From Elsinoe ampelina (taxonomy: Eukaryota), in assembly GCA_010093995.1 (NCBI GenBank), contig ML992503.1, forward strand, positions 347,662 to 411,661: a DNA stretch of 64,000 nucleotides, written 5' to 3'. How positions within the stretch are numbered: position 1 is the stretch's first letter; every line of letters begins with the position of its first letter. Below, in pieces: positions 1-12,771 of the stretch. Position numbers and translations under genes: made by a program. Under the pieces are notes generated by a model. It searched no databases. It was not told the origin of the DNA and was given only the letters and a program-made list of their open reading frames with translations.

Positions 1-2605
1 CTTCCTTGATCGCGGTGAACATTCGGTCGGAATTGAGCGACTCAATATGCTGTACCAGGATACAAGTATGCTCGGCACCACATTGCAGGGCTCTTTCAGC
101 TCGAGACTCGAACAGTCCGACAGTGTTATTGTCACCTCCACCAGAGGCAGTCTCGGTGAGTATGTCAAAAGCGTCGAGGGGGAAACAGTGCATTCCCAGA
201 TCCAAGCAAGTCTGTTTGGCAACATACGATTTGCCGATGTTTCTTTGTGTCGAGTGAAGCAAGATGGCCATGGGTGGCAAACCTAGGTGAACAGCTCTGG
301 GGCTGGTAGCCGTCGAGATCAACTCTCGGAGTCGACGTTGTAGATTGGAAGGCGGTGTCAAATTTGGCCTAGACAATGGAGAAGCTCTGTTCTCTGTTGG
401 TTGAGGCTGTGACAGCATGCCTTCATAGTATGGCCAAGTGCTGTTCATGGCAGGCGGTACCTTTCTTTGCTCGGTCCCAGACTGATGCATCTTTGTCTTG
501 GATGGTACCATCGATACTAAGCCGTTCCAAACATCAACGTGCTCCTGATCTTCATTGCCGTGGCTGCCAAGGGACCCAACCTGGAACCACACTACTTTGT
601 TGGAAGCTTTCACTTTTGAAGATTCGTGCTCAGCAGTAGGACCGAAGAATGACAGAATGTCATTGGAAGCTCCGTCTTCAGCAGAACTGCCATCATAAAC
701 CGCACGTCCAACTTCCTCATCGATGGGTATGGCTATCAGATCTCCAGTCTTGACAAGCCGCTGTTTCCCTTCGAAGTAAGCCACAAGACCGCTGAAGACG
801 CTTGAGTCAATTGCCTTGTCCGTCGACGCGGGACTCTGCACTTTGATCAAGTTTGCATCTTTCGCTGCCGGTGGTAGTGAAACGGGTGGCATCTTCCCTG
901 GTGGCCGACCCATGGGAGACTCTTCTGGCGATCTCATGGGCGTCAGGCGCAGAAATTCGGGATCACCTAGATTGGTGAGGAGAATCGGTGACAGGTAGAC
1001 TGAAGGCGTGATGCTAATGCCCAAGTGCGATGAGAAGCTTTCACTCCTACCTCGACCTTGAACTTTGTACTGTCCGGCGGATTTGTTGCTCAGTACTTCT
1101 GGTAGTCCAAATATCTTGACTGCTCTCGAATCGCTCGGTTCCTCTTCTCCACGCCCGAGAAATGCCGACATGCCAAGACTCGCGATACCAGTCCTAGCGG
1201 GATCAGTACCCTTGCAGATCTCGACCCAATCCCCAGAAAAGCATCCGAGCTTGGCCAGTATTGTTGTATCAACGTAGACTCGAGCCTCTTCGTCTTCATG
1301 ACCTAGAGGCTTGGGATGGAGCAGCTCGTCCGGGATCTTCTCAAACAGACCTTGGGTTCGGAGAACCTTTGTTCGTACAGCGTGTCCGCCTCGCAAAGTT
1401 GCGGTTGTCATGCTTGAAAATACAGAACCAGGAGTATGCACGCCATTCATATGCTTAGCAAAGGGTCGTGGAGTTGCTGCGGTCATTGAAGATAGCATCC
1501 CGGACGTGTGGGATCCTAGCGCTGGCGAAGTCAAGGATATCATACCCTCGGGATCGTCTGACAGATTGCCATCCGTCTCATCCTCAGTATCGGATAGGTC
1601 AAAGGAGGGCGTCTTCTTTCCAGGTGTCGCTGGTGCTGAAGAAGCGTTACCATCTTCTGCGGCCGTATAGAAAGCCTCGTTAGATGTATCCTCCTCGACT
1701 TCGGACAGATTTTCACCCGGGAACGGGATCGTTGGGCTTTGTGTGGCTTTCGTCCTCGATTCCGGGATCTTGTCCGAGGTGACTATCACTACTCTTGTAG
1801 TCTCCGTCACCAGACCTTGCGACACAGGATCGCACGTCGATATAGTACAGGACGGAGGAGGTGCGTGTGTGACTGGATGTGAAGGAAGTGCCAGCTGGAA
1901 GATATCCCCGGCATGTATCAAAGAGGACTTTGACATGGATTGCCGAACCAATTGCTTTAATTCTTCATCCGACCGTGGCTCCACAACACCGTTTGCTTGT
2001 GGATCTTGAGAGCGCACATTGAGGTGCCTCGCGGATCGCTTCTTCGTGACAAAACCTCCAGCGTATTTCTTCTGAACTTGATCATGCTTGTAGAGCGCTT
2101 CCGAGTCAATGTTGACATATATTGTGTCAAGCTCGAGCGGAACGACATCGGTCACAGTGACCTCGACTAAAGGAAGACCGCGGGTTCGGGATGCAGCATT
2201 GAGCTTCAGACTATTGACCAAGGTCTGCAGGTAGCGAGACCTAGATGGTATACGAATCAAGGAACGAGCTCCATTCGACTCTTGCTTGGATGGCCGGCAT
2301 GGCAAAATGATCCACCTCGAAGCAATTGCAGTCGGCGCATTCGGTGGGGTCCATTCTCGAACCGCGATGTACAGGTAGTCCTCGAGGGAAGAAGCTTGGA
2401 TTGTTTAGCTAATCATGCAAGTTTGCCAGCTTGATTCCCACATACCATTGATCAGCTTGAGGTCCTTGACAAGATCATGCGAGATCTCGGCCGCGTTTCC
2501 GCCAAGGTTGTCTGCAAGCTGCAGTCGTGCCGACAAAGGTGTAGCATCTGGTCTTCGTCTTCTCTTGCGCTTGAGTGAGCCCGGGTTAGGGTCATTGTAT
2601 GCCAT
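1..2605 (-). CDS. PEX6: Peroxisomal biogenesis AAA ATPase Pex6, 5' part; gene runs off the left edge
   Basis: ATG at 2605 (MAYNDPNPGSLKRKRRRRPDATPLSARLQL), intron 2395-2445 (GTATGT...AAG). Manual translation gives DVVPLELDTIYVNIDSEALYKHDQVQKKYAGGF, LALPSHPVTHAPPPSCTISTCDPVSQG and, near base 1, GGDNNTVGLFESRAERALQCGAEHTCILVQHIESL, segments I recognise from fungal Pex6. The long exon is missing from the ORF track, consistent with no stop before the edge; I did not translate every codon. Confidence 0.85.
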
Positions 2606-3107
2606 GTTGGCTCGGTCGCGATCGGCTCGGGTCTATTGGTCTGGAGAACATGCATTGCATGCTGCGAATACACGAGGGAAGATCAAGACACGGCGGGCGA
2701 GGTCCATTTCTTGTCGCTAAACACGATTCATGTGAAGCCGAGGCACAACCTTGACCCGCAGAGCCGCATGTGGGACCCCTCGGATACTGTGAGAGATGGC
2801 GACTTGTTACTCTTCACTCCTCCAACATTTCTGGTATACCTTCGGATTCGGCATATTGAGGCAGAAGTGGCGGTTTTATTCTCTCTCAAATCGGCGTAAT
2901 TGTATGTTGGAACTGCATTGGCGCTCATGGAGTACCGAAACACCGCAAGATAGCCAGATGAATTGGTTTGGCTCATAATCTCGAGGCGCCCTGCGTGCTG
3001 ATGATATCTTCACAGACTTGACTATAGTCGGATGGCTAATATGTAGGATTGTCGTATTGCCTGCAGCAACTCGAGCGTAAACGTCACCTCGTGGATGCAA
3101 CAGCCAC

Positions 3108-5142
3108 CTATTTCCTTTCCTCCTGAACGGCCTTTTCGGAATCCACCATCATGCTGGTGACGCTCATTGACCTTGCAGCATTCACCAGCTCTGGGTTCTC
3201 TTCCTGAAGCTTTGCATAGTGCTTCTCGGCTTCCCAGGTCCAGATACTATCACAGGAAAAGACGAGGTTGATCTCTTCGAGTGTCCTTTGATTCGTCTCG
3301 GGGTATAGCGCCCAGACCACCACAATGGACAGAGCATTGACGGCGCCGAAAATGTACAGCGTTTTTTCCTGGAGCTTGGCAAAGATAGTCGGAAGTAACA
3401 ACACCTGGAACTGTCAGAAATCTCGCTATGAAAGTATGCTGCGGGCTCTTGACTTACACACCAACCATTACCAATTGACCATCCGACCACACCCCAGGCA
3501 TTGCCCCGAGCCCTGACCTGGAGCGGGAAGATTTCAGCTGGAACCAATATCAGTACACTCTGACACAACGGCATATAGTGACGGTATTCACCAGGATACA
3601 GCCAAGGTACAGTAAGCCAGGTCGCTCCGAAGATGGCTGTGTAAAGGAAGACGAAGAAAACAGCTGCACCACCGACACGCCCTCTCTGCGATTCCGAAGC
3701 ATTGATAACAGCGTACGAGAGACCACCGGCCGCGAAACAGCAAATGCCCTGACCAACTGCACCCCAGTACAAGGTCCAGCGGCGACCGATCCTGTCGAGC
3801 GTGAAGACACAGATGAGAGTTGCGAGCTTCCATCCGATTAGCAGGGAACATGCGTTTCACTGAATGTCTCACTCACCATGTAGGTAATGTTATTCAGCCC
3901 GCTGACCCACTGCCTGTCCCGTGGGGCGATTCCGGCGATAGTGAAGATCTCTGGACCGTAAATGGTGATTCCAGCGATACCAATCCATTCTTGCAGAATC
4001 TGCAGCCAGATGACAAGCTGTACGCGGCGGGCCGTGTGGAGTTTGCCTGCGCCAATTCCAGTGAACATCGACCAATAGCTTTTCTGTTGAGACTTGTCGG
4101 TCTCCAGCTTTGCTACGGCTCTGATTTCGCCGAATTCTTTATCGGCAAGATTGCCTTCCTCACCACGGAGTCGACTCAAGACCCATCGAGCTTCATCCTC
4201 GCGGCCTTCTTTCACCAACCAACGAGGAGATCTGGGAGTACCATCAGCATTTGATCGCCGAATAACTCGCAACACTTACTCAGGCATGTACCACACCACA
4301 CAAAAGAGCATAATCAACGGCACAATCTGGAAGGCCACTGGAAATCTCCAGATGAAGCTGGATGTTCCGTCACCGTAGAAAGATGTACCGCTAAATGTCG
4401 GTCAGCACTTGTATCGGTGAAAAGCCGCGTGCTGCTTACTATTCAAGCCAATAGGCTACGACGACACCGAATATGTTCAAAGTAAATTCGATGGCCACTG
4501 TGCAATTCAGCAAGCGGTGCCTGGAGATGAGATTATTCGTGTCACTCACCGAAAGCGCCGCGAGAAGTGTGGGCGGCCGTCTCTGTCGCCCATACAGGGG
4601 TGATCGCGTTCAATATGCCAGTTCCGATACCATTGAATACGCGCGCTGGACTATCAGAAATGTATATTTCGAACAAGATCCTTGACGTACCGCATATCAT
4701 CCAATTATGGTTCATCGATGCTGATTGTAAGGCCGCGCCCACGATCGTCCACAGACATCCGAAACCGATGGTAGAGATCCTGCCATAACGATCACCGAGC
4801 CAGCCACCCCAAAATGCTCCGACGAGTGTCCCGGGAAGGTAATAGACAGCCACCTGGTCAAGTTAGTGGCGAACAACTAGGTCTTGAAGCGATACGAACG
4901 ATGGCACCCTGCAGCAGGGGATCTGTGACTCTCACCAGACCTCCAGCTTCGTCCCACTCGCCAAAGCTCATCAAGGTTGCGTAGTCACGAGCAGTGTTGA
5001 CACCGCCCATGAGACCTTGGTCGTATCCGAAGAAGAAGATCGAAAGACTTGCCACTGCATTGACTGCAATGAGAAGAGACCGTTTCTCAAGCTTGTTGGC
5101 GACGCCATGGTCTCTGAAGTATTGTGGAATTAGGTACACCAT
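3108..5142 (-). CDS. Sugar porter family MFS transporter (STL1-like), about 9 exons
   Basis: FFFGYDQGLMGG, GDRYGR, PVWATET, PESPRWL, LQEWIGIAGITIYGP, LDRIGRR, WLYPAEIFP and YPETNQRTLEEI motifs across ORF fragments; 8 GT-AG introns (e.g. 4646-4690, 3827-3876, 3538-3591). Confidence 0.9.
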
Positions 5143-5814
5143 CGTGGCAGATGATAATCCTCTGGTAGAATCGATCTCCTGTCGAATTTGGAGAGCACCG
5201 CCCGGCTCTATATAATTACACGATCGGATTGCCAGATGAGGTCTATGTCGGATCGACAGATCGACTGTGCAAGGATCTTCTATTCTTCCGGTCGACGCTC
5301 TTACTCCCCGGGCATGCTTTGCAAATATCGTACATGACTCCACAATCTTGCGGAAATAACATTTGTCGGGCGTGGAGGAGCGGGGAAGCGGGTGAGAGCA
5401 AGTTGAAGTAAGTATTAATTGACCCACCAGAGGGCTGCTACAACAAATCTCCTGAATGAAGGCCATCAAGATAACAAGAGTCTTCACGATGCATGCACAA
5501 GTCGGAATTAGGTACGTCGGCAACTGGCATAGACGGCGAGATTCCGCAACCAGAATATCCTCAGTTCATCAATACAGTACTAACGGAAACTGCAACTATA
5601 ACGAGAGTTTGCGAGCAGGAATGAATAGAGAGCGGGGCCGTAGTGTCATCTCCCCACCATCGTGCCGATCACTGATCGAGACAGACCATCCTTGCCACCA
5701 CACGGCCACTCCAGTGGCTTCTCCCCGTGGCTCCTTCATGCCAGTCCCGAATTCCCCGCTGTACTTCACCGTCAACATGTACGCTGAGTCAAATGCCACA
5801 TTGCAGGCGTCGAA
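5143..5814. promoter_or_regulatory. Divergent promoter with six CreA/Mig1-type SYGGRG sites and a CGG-N7-CCG element
   Basis: SYGGRG matches on either strand at 5306, 5372, 5380, 5632, 5652 and 5754; CGGCGAGATTCCG at 5534-5546. Confidence 0.45.
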
Positions 5815-8115
5815 ATGGCGCCGATTTCTCCTACCGACTCTGCACACCCTGGAGCGCCTTCCGCTAACCACGCTCATCAAGAGGGGTGCACACGCCGCAA
5901 ATCACAGTCAGACGAGACTGTAGCGCAACCAAAGCCCAAGCGTAGGAAAAAAGCCTGTGAGGCCTGTCGCCTTCGAAAAACCAAGTGCGACAATGCAAGA
6001 CCTACCTGCGGCATCTGTCAGACCACCAAATCTGCTTGCAAGTACGAGCAGAACGAGCAATTTGCAGATCATCTCACGTGAGAATGATGTGAGGTAGTCT
6101 TTCTATGCGAAGCAACTGACTTGCTCCAGTCTCGAGTCGGTCACTGGCATTTTGACGAGGCAGCTCGAAACACTCCAGAGAAGTGTCGACTCACTCCAAC
6201 GACAAAGTCTCATTCAATCGCAAGTCCCAACTCTCGACATTCGTCCTTCAACAATATCTGTAGTCAGTCATGATCAAGGGCTGCAATCTGAGCCAAATTT
6301 GGACTGTGCGGTTACAGAAGCGTCGGCTGATTTCTTGCAAATTCCTGCTCAACGGACATGCGCCGACTCCATCCTCAAGTGGCCCGTCTTCGAAGGGCAT
6401 TTCGAGGCTAACGCCTTGGTCAAGGTGCTCTTCCTGAACCATGACATGGTTACCAGTAAGACAAATTCTGGAATTACTGCGGAACTGCCGACAGAGGAAC
6501 GAATCCTTGTGCTTGTCAATGGATTTCTCCAGAACGTGCATACGAAAAATCCAGTGCTGGACGTTGGCCAACTGCTCGGTCATGCCAGAAGATGTGCTTT
6601 AGAAGGCTTCGGCTGGGACCAATACTCATGCTTAGTCCTACTGGCGTGTGCTCTCGGGTCCATCGCACATCCATTCGACATTGCAGCTCTCTCAATGATA
6701 GACGGTCAGACGCCGCCTTCGACCTTGGCGTCGGACGAACAGGTCATGCAAGCTCAGAGATACTTTCGTCTGGCGAGCTATCGCTTGGGTACGCTCGGCC
6801 CTTCACTGGAAGGTATACAATGCTTCTTCCTTGCTGGAGGTAAGTTATTTTTTGAACCGCTTAATAGCTATTGACTTCGTAAGTCTACCACATGTACAAT
6901 CTGCGTCCTCTTCCAGCATGGCAAAATTTCATGAACGCTTCTACGCTGTATCAGCTCTACGAAAAGACAAACTATGGGCTCGCGCAACAGGTGCTAGATC
7001 CGTCTCGAGGAGACGACGTGGAGAGTTCGGATTGCAGCCGTAGCAAGGATCGTCTCGAGCAGAGTCTGTATTGGTCGTGTTTCAAGAGTGAATCCGAATT
7101 CAGGGTGGAACTACCTCTCTCGATCACAGACATCTGTACCGGCCATCACCCCAGGATGTTTCCTATCCCGCCTACGCCGCCGGAGCCGAGCGGCGAAAGC
7201 TCTCCGGACATACACGTTGGGCACATGAACATCGATAGCCCAATCTCTAGAGCTGGTCCAGCACTCAGTGCCACATCCACCGGTCTGCGCAAGAAGCGTC
7301 CCGGCGAAGAGGAAAGCTGGTACTACTATCTCACCGAGATCGCTCTACGCCGTATTGGGAACCGCATCATCAACACGTTCTTCCGTTCAGATCCCAAAGA
7401 ATGGATGGACGTCACTCCCCTACTCGGCATAGCACTTGAGCTTGATGCGCAAGTGTCTTCATGGTCGGCAAACTTGCCCCCGGCGATGCAACATTGGCAG
7501 ATGACAGCGTCAATTAGGGATCCTAACGTGGATGTCAGCAACCACATGTCGCAAGAACTAAGCTGGGCCATCGACAATCGTCTGCTCGAAATCCGATCAT
7601 GGCTATACCAACCATTCTTGTACTGTGCCATACATGGAGGTATTGCCCGCGCAGGATCAGCATCGCCTACGCTTGTCCATGGAATTCCATCTGCATCGCA
7701 CGGTGCTGCTGGCAGTGATTCTGGATACCCGGTGGGCAATACCAGCACAGATAACAATGCGGGCAGGCTACAACATCTCATCACGTCTGGCGTGGAATGT
7801 GACATGAAGATCCTTGACAGCAGAATCTTCTCACATCGACACCATGGTCTCTGGTTTGACCTGCGGAGCTTGATGAGCGCTAGCCTCATCTTGCTAGCAC
7901 TTGTGCGAAGTGGGCACCACGCTCTCATTCCAGGAGGTGTGGAAGTTCTTTGGGGAAGCGGCATATCGACCCCGGACCAGATCGGTGGTAAGATTGGCCG
8001 GGTTCTGTCGCACTTTGCCTTTTGGACGACGTATAGTCCTGACATGGTTCGTCATCGGGAGGTACTCGAAGATATAACTCGCCAGACGATGGAGCATTGG
8101 CAGCGGCAGCTATGA
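5815..8115 (+). CDS. Zn(II)2Cys6 transcription factor with fungal-specific middle homology region
   Basis: KACEACRLRKTKCDNARPTCGICQTTKSAC binuclear cluster; FLQNVHTKNPVLD, LYWSCFKSESE and EESWYYYLTEIALRRI; introns 6078-6129 and 6840-6883 join the three ORFs in frame. Confidence 0.92.
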
Positions 8116-8759
8116 GAGAGGCAGGACTACGACACGACCTGGGTGTGCTTCGGGCATTTACTGCTTTTCATTGATGAAAAGAAGGGTGGAAGTTATTACT
8201 TGAGCATAAGCGTCCCGAGGTTGACGTGCGGGAATCTGAGCACGAGCTTTCACAGAGACTGACTACCACTGCCACTATACTATCTCGAATACAATCCTCA
8301 AAAATCATGAACATGGTTCGCATCGATACCAAAGCCATCCTCGCCAACAGAAACAGTGCCTAGTAGATGTCGTCTGCATTGCCAAGAATCACATGCCACG
8401 CGGACTGCCGTCTTGCCGCAAATGACAGCGCGTCGACGTCATGGCCATCCGTGTTTGGGTTGTTTTCCAGGCTAATTTACCATGAGAATCTCTGATGCAG
8501 GATTGGAGATCCTGCTCGGAGCTAACAGGAGATCTGGTAAACTGCAATCTTCCATTCATCCTTGTCAGATATCCAGTGTGATGATGTTTGTGGCTGGGTA
8601 GTTCCCGTGTGTGCATCCTCAACGCTTGCTCGTTCAGCTTCGCGTTCAGCTTCGACAATCTCGGGAAGGCGTATCACTGTGCCTCATGCGATGCGACTCG
8701 ACTCATAAGCGCTGATACGATAAGTCATATAGACTGCTTTCCAATTGGCGAATGTCACC

Positions 8760-11135
8760 ATGCCAGCACTCACAGCTCCGTCGCACACGGTGCAGAAAGA
8801 GGCAAAGGACCTGACTCTGAAGGAGAAGGAATATGTACAGCAAGCCGAACGTCTAGGACAGTACACAGCGCCTCAAGAAGATGACACCACAGGCTCGACA
8901 CGCGCCATCGAGGCGAAATTTGTTACGGCGCAAGACCCAGTAATAGAGACCGCCAATGGCGGCCGACTACCAGCAGTACCACTGGACGAGGCCATGAAAC
9001 TCAACAAGCTGAAGGACGAGATAGAAGGCAAGTCACCGGGAAATGACATACCAGAGAGTGGCTTTCGGGAAGCAAAAGACGGGACCATACACGGCGCGAA
9101 GCCAGACGACGTAATGAACAGCCGACAGAGCGAGGATTCTCGCGTACCTCTGGGAGAGCAAATACCACCGTCACAAACAAGCCCGTTGTTCCCACCGCTA
9201 CCTCTCTACGGACCTCCGACCTTGATGCGCACGCTACAATGCTGGTTCTTTCGGTCTACTAGCTTCTTCCTCTCGCTTCAATTCCTACTAGTAATCGTGC
9301 TTGGAGCAGCGTTCACAAGCATACCGAAGCTAGCGCGAAGAGCGTGGTTTCGCCTCACCTTTCGCGACCCAGCCTCCGACAGGCCCTTCTATAATGAAGA
9401 AAAGAAACGGCAGAAGGAGCGAGATCAGGCTGATCAGGAATGGGTGCGGAACCGCGAACAGCAAAAGAAGGGGTCACATACACCGGCTTCGATCGAGAAG
9501 GATGTTCACTCGTACTCGGACGAAGAGTATGTACCTACAGAAGGTGGACCGGACCCGTTGGTCTGCGACGTTGGATACTATGCTCGTCGAGAAGGACTTG
9601 ACGTGGAGACATTCGAGGTGCAGACAGAAGACGGCTTCGTGATTGAGCTCCAGCACATCTACAACCCACTGACACAATCTCGGACCAAAAAGTCACATGG
9701 TCCAGACTCTCCCTCAGTCTTTGACTCGGCCACCTCCTTCCCTGCCATCCCAGAATCTTCCTCATCCGAAAAGCCACGCTACCCCATTCTCCTCATCCAC
9801 GGCCTGCTCCAATCCTCCGGTGCCTACACCTGCACCGGCTCCTCCTCACTCGCCTTCTACCTCCACCGCTCTGGCTACGACGTCTGGCTCGGCAACAACC
9901 GCTGCGGCCTCGTCCCCCGACACACCCTCCTCTCCTACTCCGACCCGCGCATGTGGGCCTGGAACATCCGCCAAATGGGCGTCCTCGACCTCGCGGCCCT
10001 CATCTCACGCGTCCTCAGCATCACCTCCTCCCCGACCCTCGCCCTGGTAGCCCACTCCCAAGGCACAACCCAAACCCTCGTCGCCTTGGCCAAAGAACAA
10101 CGCCCCGAACTCGGCACCAAAATCTCCGTCTTCTGCGCCCTCGCTCCCGCCGCCTACGCCGGCCCCCTCATTGGCAAGGCCTACTTCAAATTCATGCGCG
10201 TCATTTCCCCTAGCATGTTCAAGCTCGTCTTTGGCATCCACGCCTTCATCCCCTTCATGATGACCATGCACGAACTCCTCCCCGGCACCTTCTACGGCGA
10301 CATGGGGTACCTCGTCTTTTCCTTCCTCTTCAACTGGACCGACACGCGCTGGGACAAAGGTCTCCGGAGACGTTGTTTCCAGTTCGCGCCGACGTACGTC
10401 TCGGCCGAATCGATGAGGTGGTGGCTGGGCAGGGAGTGCTTCGCGCGTCAGAAATGCATCCTGGCCACGCGCGAGGAGGGGAGACTCGAAGACCGCGAAG
10501 ACGAGGAGGAGGATGAGGTCGTCAGGGCGTATTACGAGGGTGGGGCGAACACTCACGCTTCTGTCGGTGCCGAGCTGGGGTCTAGGCTGAGGGACGTGGA
10601 GGAGCGGACTTCTCCCCGGGAGAGGGGGAGGTACGCATGGTACGACGAGCGGTTCCCTCCGTTGGCGCTGTGGGTGTGCGGGAACGATGATCTGGTGGAT
10701 GGGAGGAGGTTGTTGAGGCGGTTTGATCGCGGGAGGGAGCCGGAGGTGAGGGTTGTGCATAAGAAGATTGTGGAGGGGTATGAGCATTTGGATGTTATTT
10801 GGGCGGTGGACGTTATTGAGAAGGTGGGGACGGAGGTGAGGGAGGTTGTGTGGCGGACGTTGGGAGAGGAGGTGAGGGGAAAGGTCAGGGTGCCGAGGGG
10901 GTGTGAGGGGTTGGAGGGGTTTGATTTGAGTCGTGGGAAGGGGAAGGGGGCGGGGTGGGGAGGGGTGAATGGTGGTACGGAGGTGGGGGCGAATGGGGGT
11001 GTTGATCTGGGGCCAGGTAAGGAGGGAGGGAACGTGGGCCCGATCAGTCCCACCCTGATCGAGACGACGGCGGGGGAGTGGTCGAGGGGGTTGAGGGGGG
11101 AGAGGGTCGGTGATCGTGATGGGGAGGCCAAGTGA
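8760..11135 (+). CDS. Acid-lipase-type alpha/beta hydrolase (Yeh/Tgl1-like sterol esterase) with one N-terminal TM segment
   Basis: VQTEDGFVIELQHI, LLIHGLLQSS, GYDVWLGNNR, nucleophile AHSQG, GNDDLVD and YEHLDVIW; intronless; first ATG at 8760. Confidence 0.9.
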   Translation: MPALTAPSHTVQKEAKDLTLKEKEYVQQAERLGQYTAPQEDDTTGSTRAIEAKFVTAQDPVIETANGGRLPAVPLDEAMKLNKLKDEIEGKSPGNDIPESGFREAKDGTIHGAKPDDVMNSRQSEDSRVPLGEQIPPSQTSPLFPPLPLYGPPTLMRTLQCWFFRSTSFFLSLQFLLVIVLGAAFTSIPKLARRAWFRLTFRDPASDRPFYNEEKKRQKERDQADQEWVRNREQQKKGSHTPASIEKDVHSYSDEEYVPTEGGPDPLVCDVGYYARREGLDVETFEVQTEDGFVIELQHIYNPLTQSRTKKSHGPDSPSVFDSATSFPAIPESSSSEKPRYPILLIHGLLQSSGAYTCTGSSSLAFYLHRSGYDVWLGNNRCGLVPRHTLLSYSDPRMWAWNIRQMGVLDLAALISRVLSITSSPTLALVAHSQGTTQTLVALAKEQRPELGTKISVFCALAPAAYAGPLIGKAYFKFMRVISPSMFKLVFGIHAFIPFMMTMHELLPGTFYGDMGYLVFSFLFNWTDTRWDKGLRRRCFQFAPTYVSAESMRWWLGRECFARQKCILATREEGRLEDREDEEEDEVVRAYYEGGANTHASVGAELGSRLRDVEERTSPRERGRYAWYDERFPPLALWVCGNDDLVDGRRLLRRFDRGREPEVRVVHKKIVEGYEHLDVIWAVDVIEKVGTEVREVVWRTLGEEVRGKVRVPRGCEGLEGFDLSRGKGKGAGWGGVNGGTEVGANGGVDLGPGKEGGNVGPISPTLIETTAGEWSRGLRGERVGDRDGEAK

Positions 11136-11463
11136 GGGCGACGAGACATGGCTCGAGAACTGGATAGGTTGGGGTTATGACTGCTGGATATTAGCAAGCG
11201 ACCCGGATACACAGCACGAGTGGCAAAGTAGTACACACATGATTGATCAAGCATATAGATGAATGAACGAAGATAAATACGACCCGATCCTCATTGCCAT
11301 TACGACTAAGATGCTCTAAAACGTATGTAATAGTAGCCCAATCTCTAAAAGTACAGGTATCGAAAGAAACACCCGTCTCTCCCGAGGTCCTCCCCCGTTG
11401 ACAACCTCCATCCCATCCCAAACCAAAAAACACCAATGCCATTCACCCCTCCCTCGCGATCAA

Positions 11464-12771
11464 CTACGTCGGAATCGCGCCCCTAAACCCCAACTTCTCC
11501 AACGTCTCATTCTCCTCTGGACTCTGCGCCGCACTCGTCCTCCCCGACGTCGTCGCCGTAATCTTCACCCCAAACGTCATATTCCTCGGCGACACGGCGT
11601 CGCCCATGAACGCACTATCGATCTTGTTCATCACCGCCCTCCTGTCCTCATTCGCCGCGTCCGTGTCGATGTTCATCCCCCTCTTGGACCTGACCGTTCC
11701 CGGGGGCGAAGCGGGCGTGATGGCGAACGTGGGCGCCGCGTGCGAGTTGGAGCGCGAGGTCATCGGGCCCTCGTCGGCCGGCTCGTCGGCCGTCTCGGCG
11801 ATGTTGGCGATGCCGCCGAGGGATTGCATGCGGTGGGCGGACAGGGCCGTCTCGCCGGGTTTGGTGAAGGAGCCGACGCGGGCTTTGGAGACCGAGTTTT
11901 GCCATTGTTGGTACTGCTCCGGGGCGAGGCTGACGGCTTTGACGGCGCCGTCGCCGTTGGAGTTTTGGCGCGATGAGCGGCGGCGGCTGCCGGTTTGGGG
12001 ACCGTCTTTGTCCTCGGAGGTCGAGGCCGAGCGCATGTAGCGTGCCGCGACGTTGTTGGGCATCATGCCTGAGGGACGGCGGCCGGAGGAGACGGCGCTG
12101 GCTTCGCTGGTGTCGGAGAGGGCGAGGGATGCTTTGCGGGAGGCGGCGGCGCCGGAGATGGATTGGCCGCGTTTGGCTTCGTTGACTTCTTCGACACGCT
12201 TGGCTCGTTCTTCCAGTGTGAGGCCGGAGGCGCTCTTCAGGAATGAGTTTGTGGCGTTTCTGGGTATGTAAGAACCTTTACGGGTGAGGTCGGCGGACTC
12301 GTTGTTGTGGGTTGCGCTCTGGTGGGAGTGGATAGAAGCGTTTCGTGGAACATCGTTGTCTGGATCTGGGTTGGAGGATGCGAAGAAGCTTAGCTTGCGT
12401 GCACCGCTTGATGCTGTGGAGGCCTTTCGTTGTGGCGAAGAGCTGCGTGATTTGGATGAAGATTCCGATGGCCGGCGGAAGACATCTGCGATGGCGACAG
12501 ACAACGATCGCTTTGGCTCCTCAAGTGGTCTGGTCTCGTTGATGCTGAACGGGCTAGTCACCTCTTGCTCTCCAATCTTGTGATTTCCCTGCTTGTTCGC
12601 CTTTTCATCGGCCGATCCCATGCTGGACCTGGAGTGCTCGTCCTCCTCTTTCCTACCCGAGCCGAACTTGAAATTGTCGAACATTGCTTCGAATAATGAA
12701 GGTTTTCTGCCAGGTGGAATTTGCGGAGGTTCACTGGCGACTACTGTCGTCGCACTGGTCGAGTTGAACAT
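11464..12771 (-). CDS. Hypothetical Ser/Arg-rich, probably disordered protein (435 aa)
   Basis: Long ATG-initiated ORF with many RRxS/RKxS motifs; no recognisable domain. Confidence 0.65.
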   Translation of the reverse strand: MFNSTSATTVVASEPPQIPPGRKPSLFEAMFDNFKFGSGRKEEDEHSRSSMGSADEKANKQGNHKIGEQEVTSPFSINETRPLEEPKRSLSVAIADVFRRPSESSSKSRSSSPQRKASTASSGARKLSFFASSNPDPDNDVPRNASIHSHQSATHNNESADLTRKGSYIPRNATNSFLKSASGLTLEERAKRVEEVNEAKRGQSISGAAASRKASLALSDTSEASAVSSGRRPSGMMPNNVAARYMRSASTSEDKDGPQTGSRRRSSRQNSNGDGAVKAVSLAPEQYQQWQNSVSKARVGSFTKPGETALSAHRMQSLGGIANIAETADEPADEGPMTSRSNSHAAPTFAITPASPPGTVRSKRGMNIDTDAANEDRRAVMNKIDSAFMGDAVSPRNMTFGVKITATTSGRTSAAQSPEENETLEKLGFRGAIPT

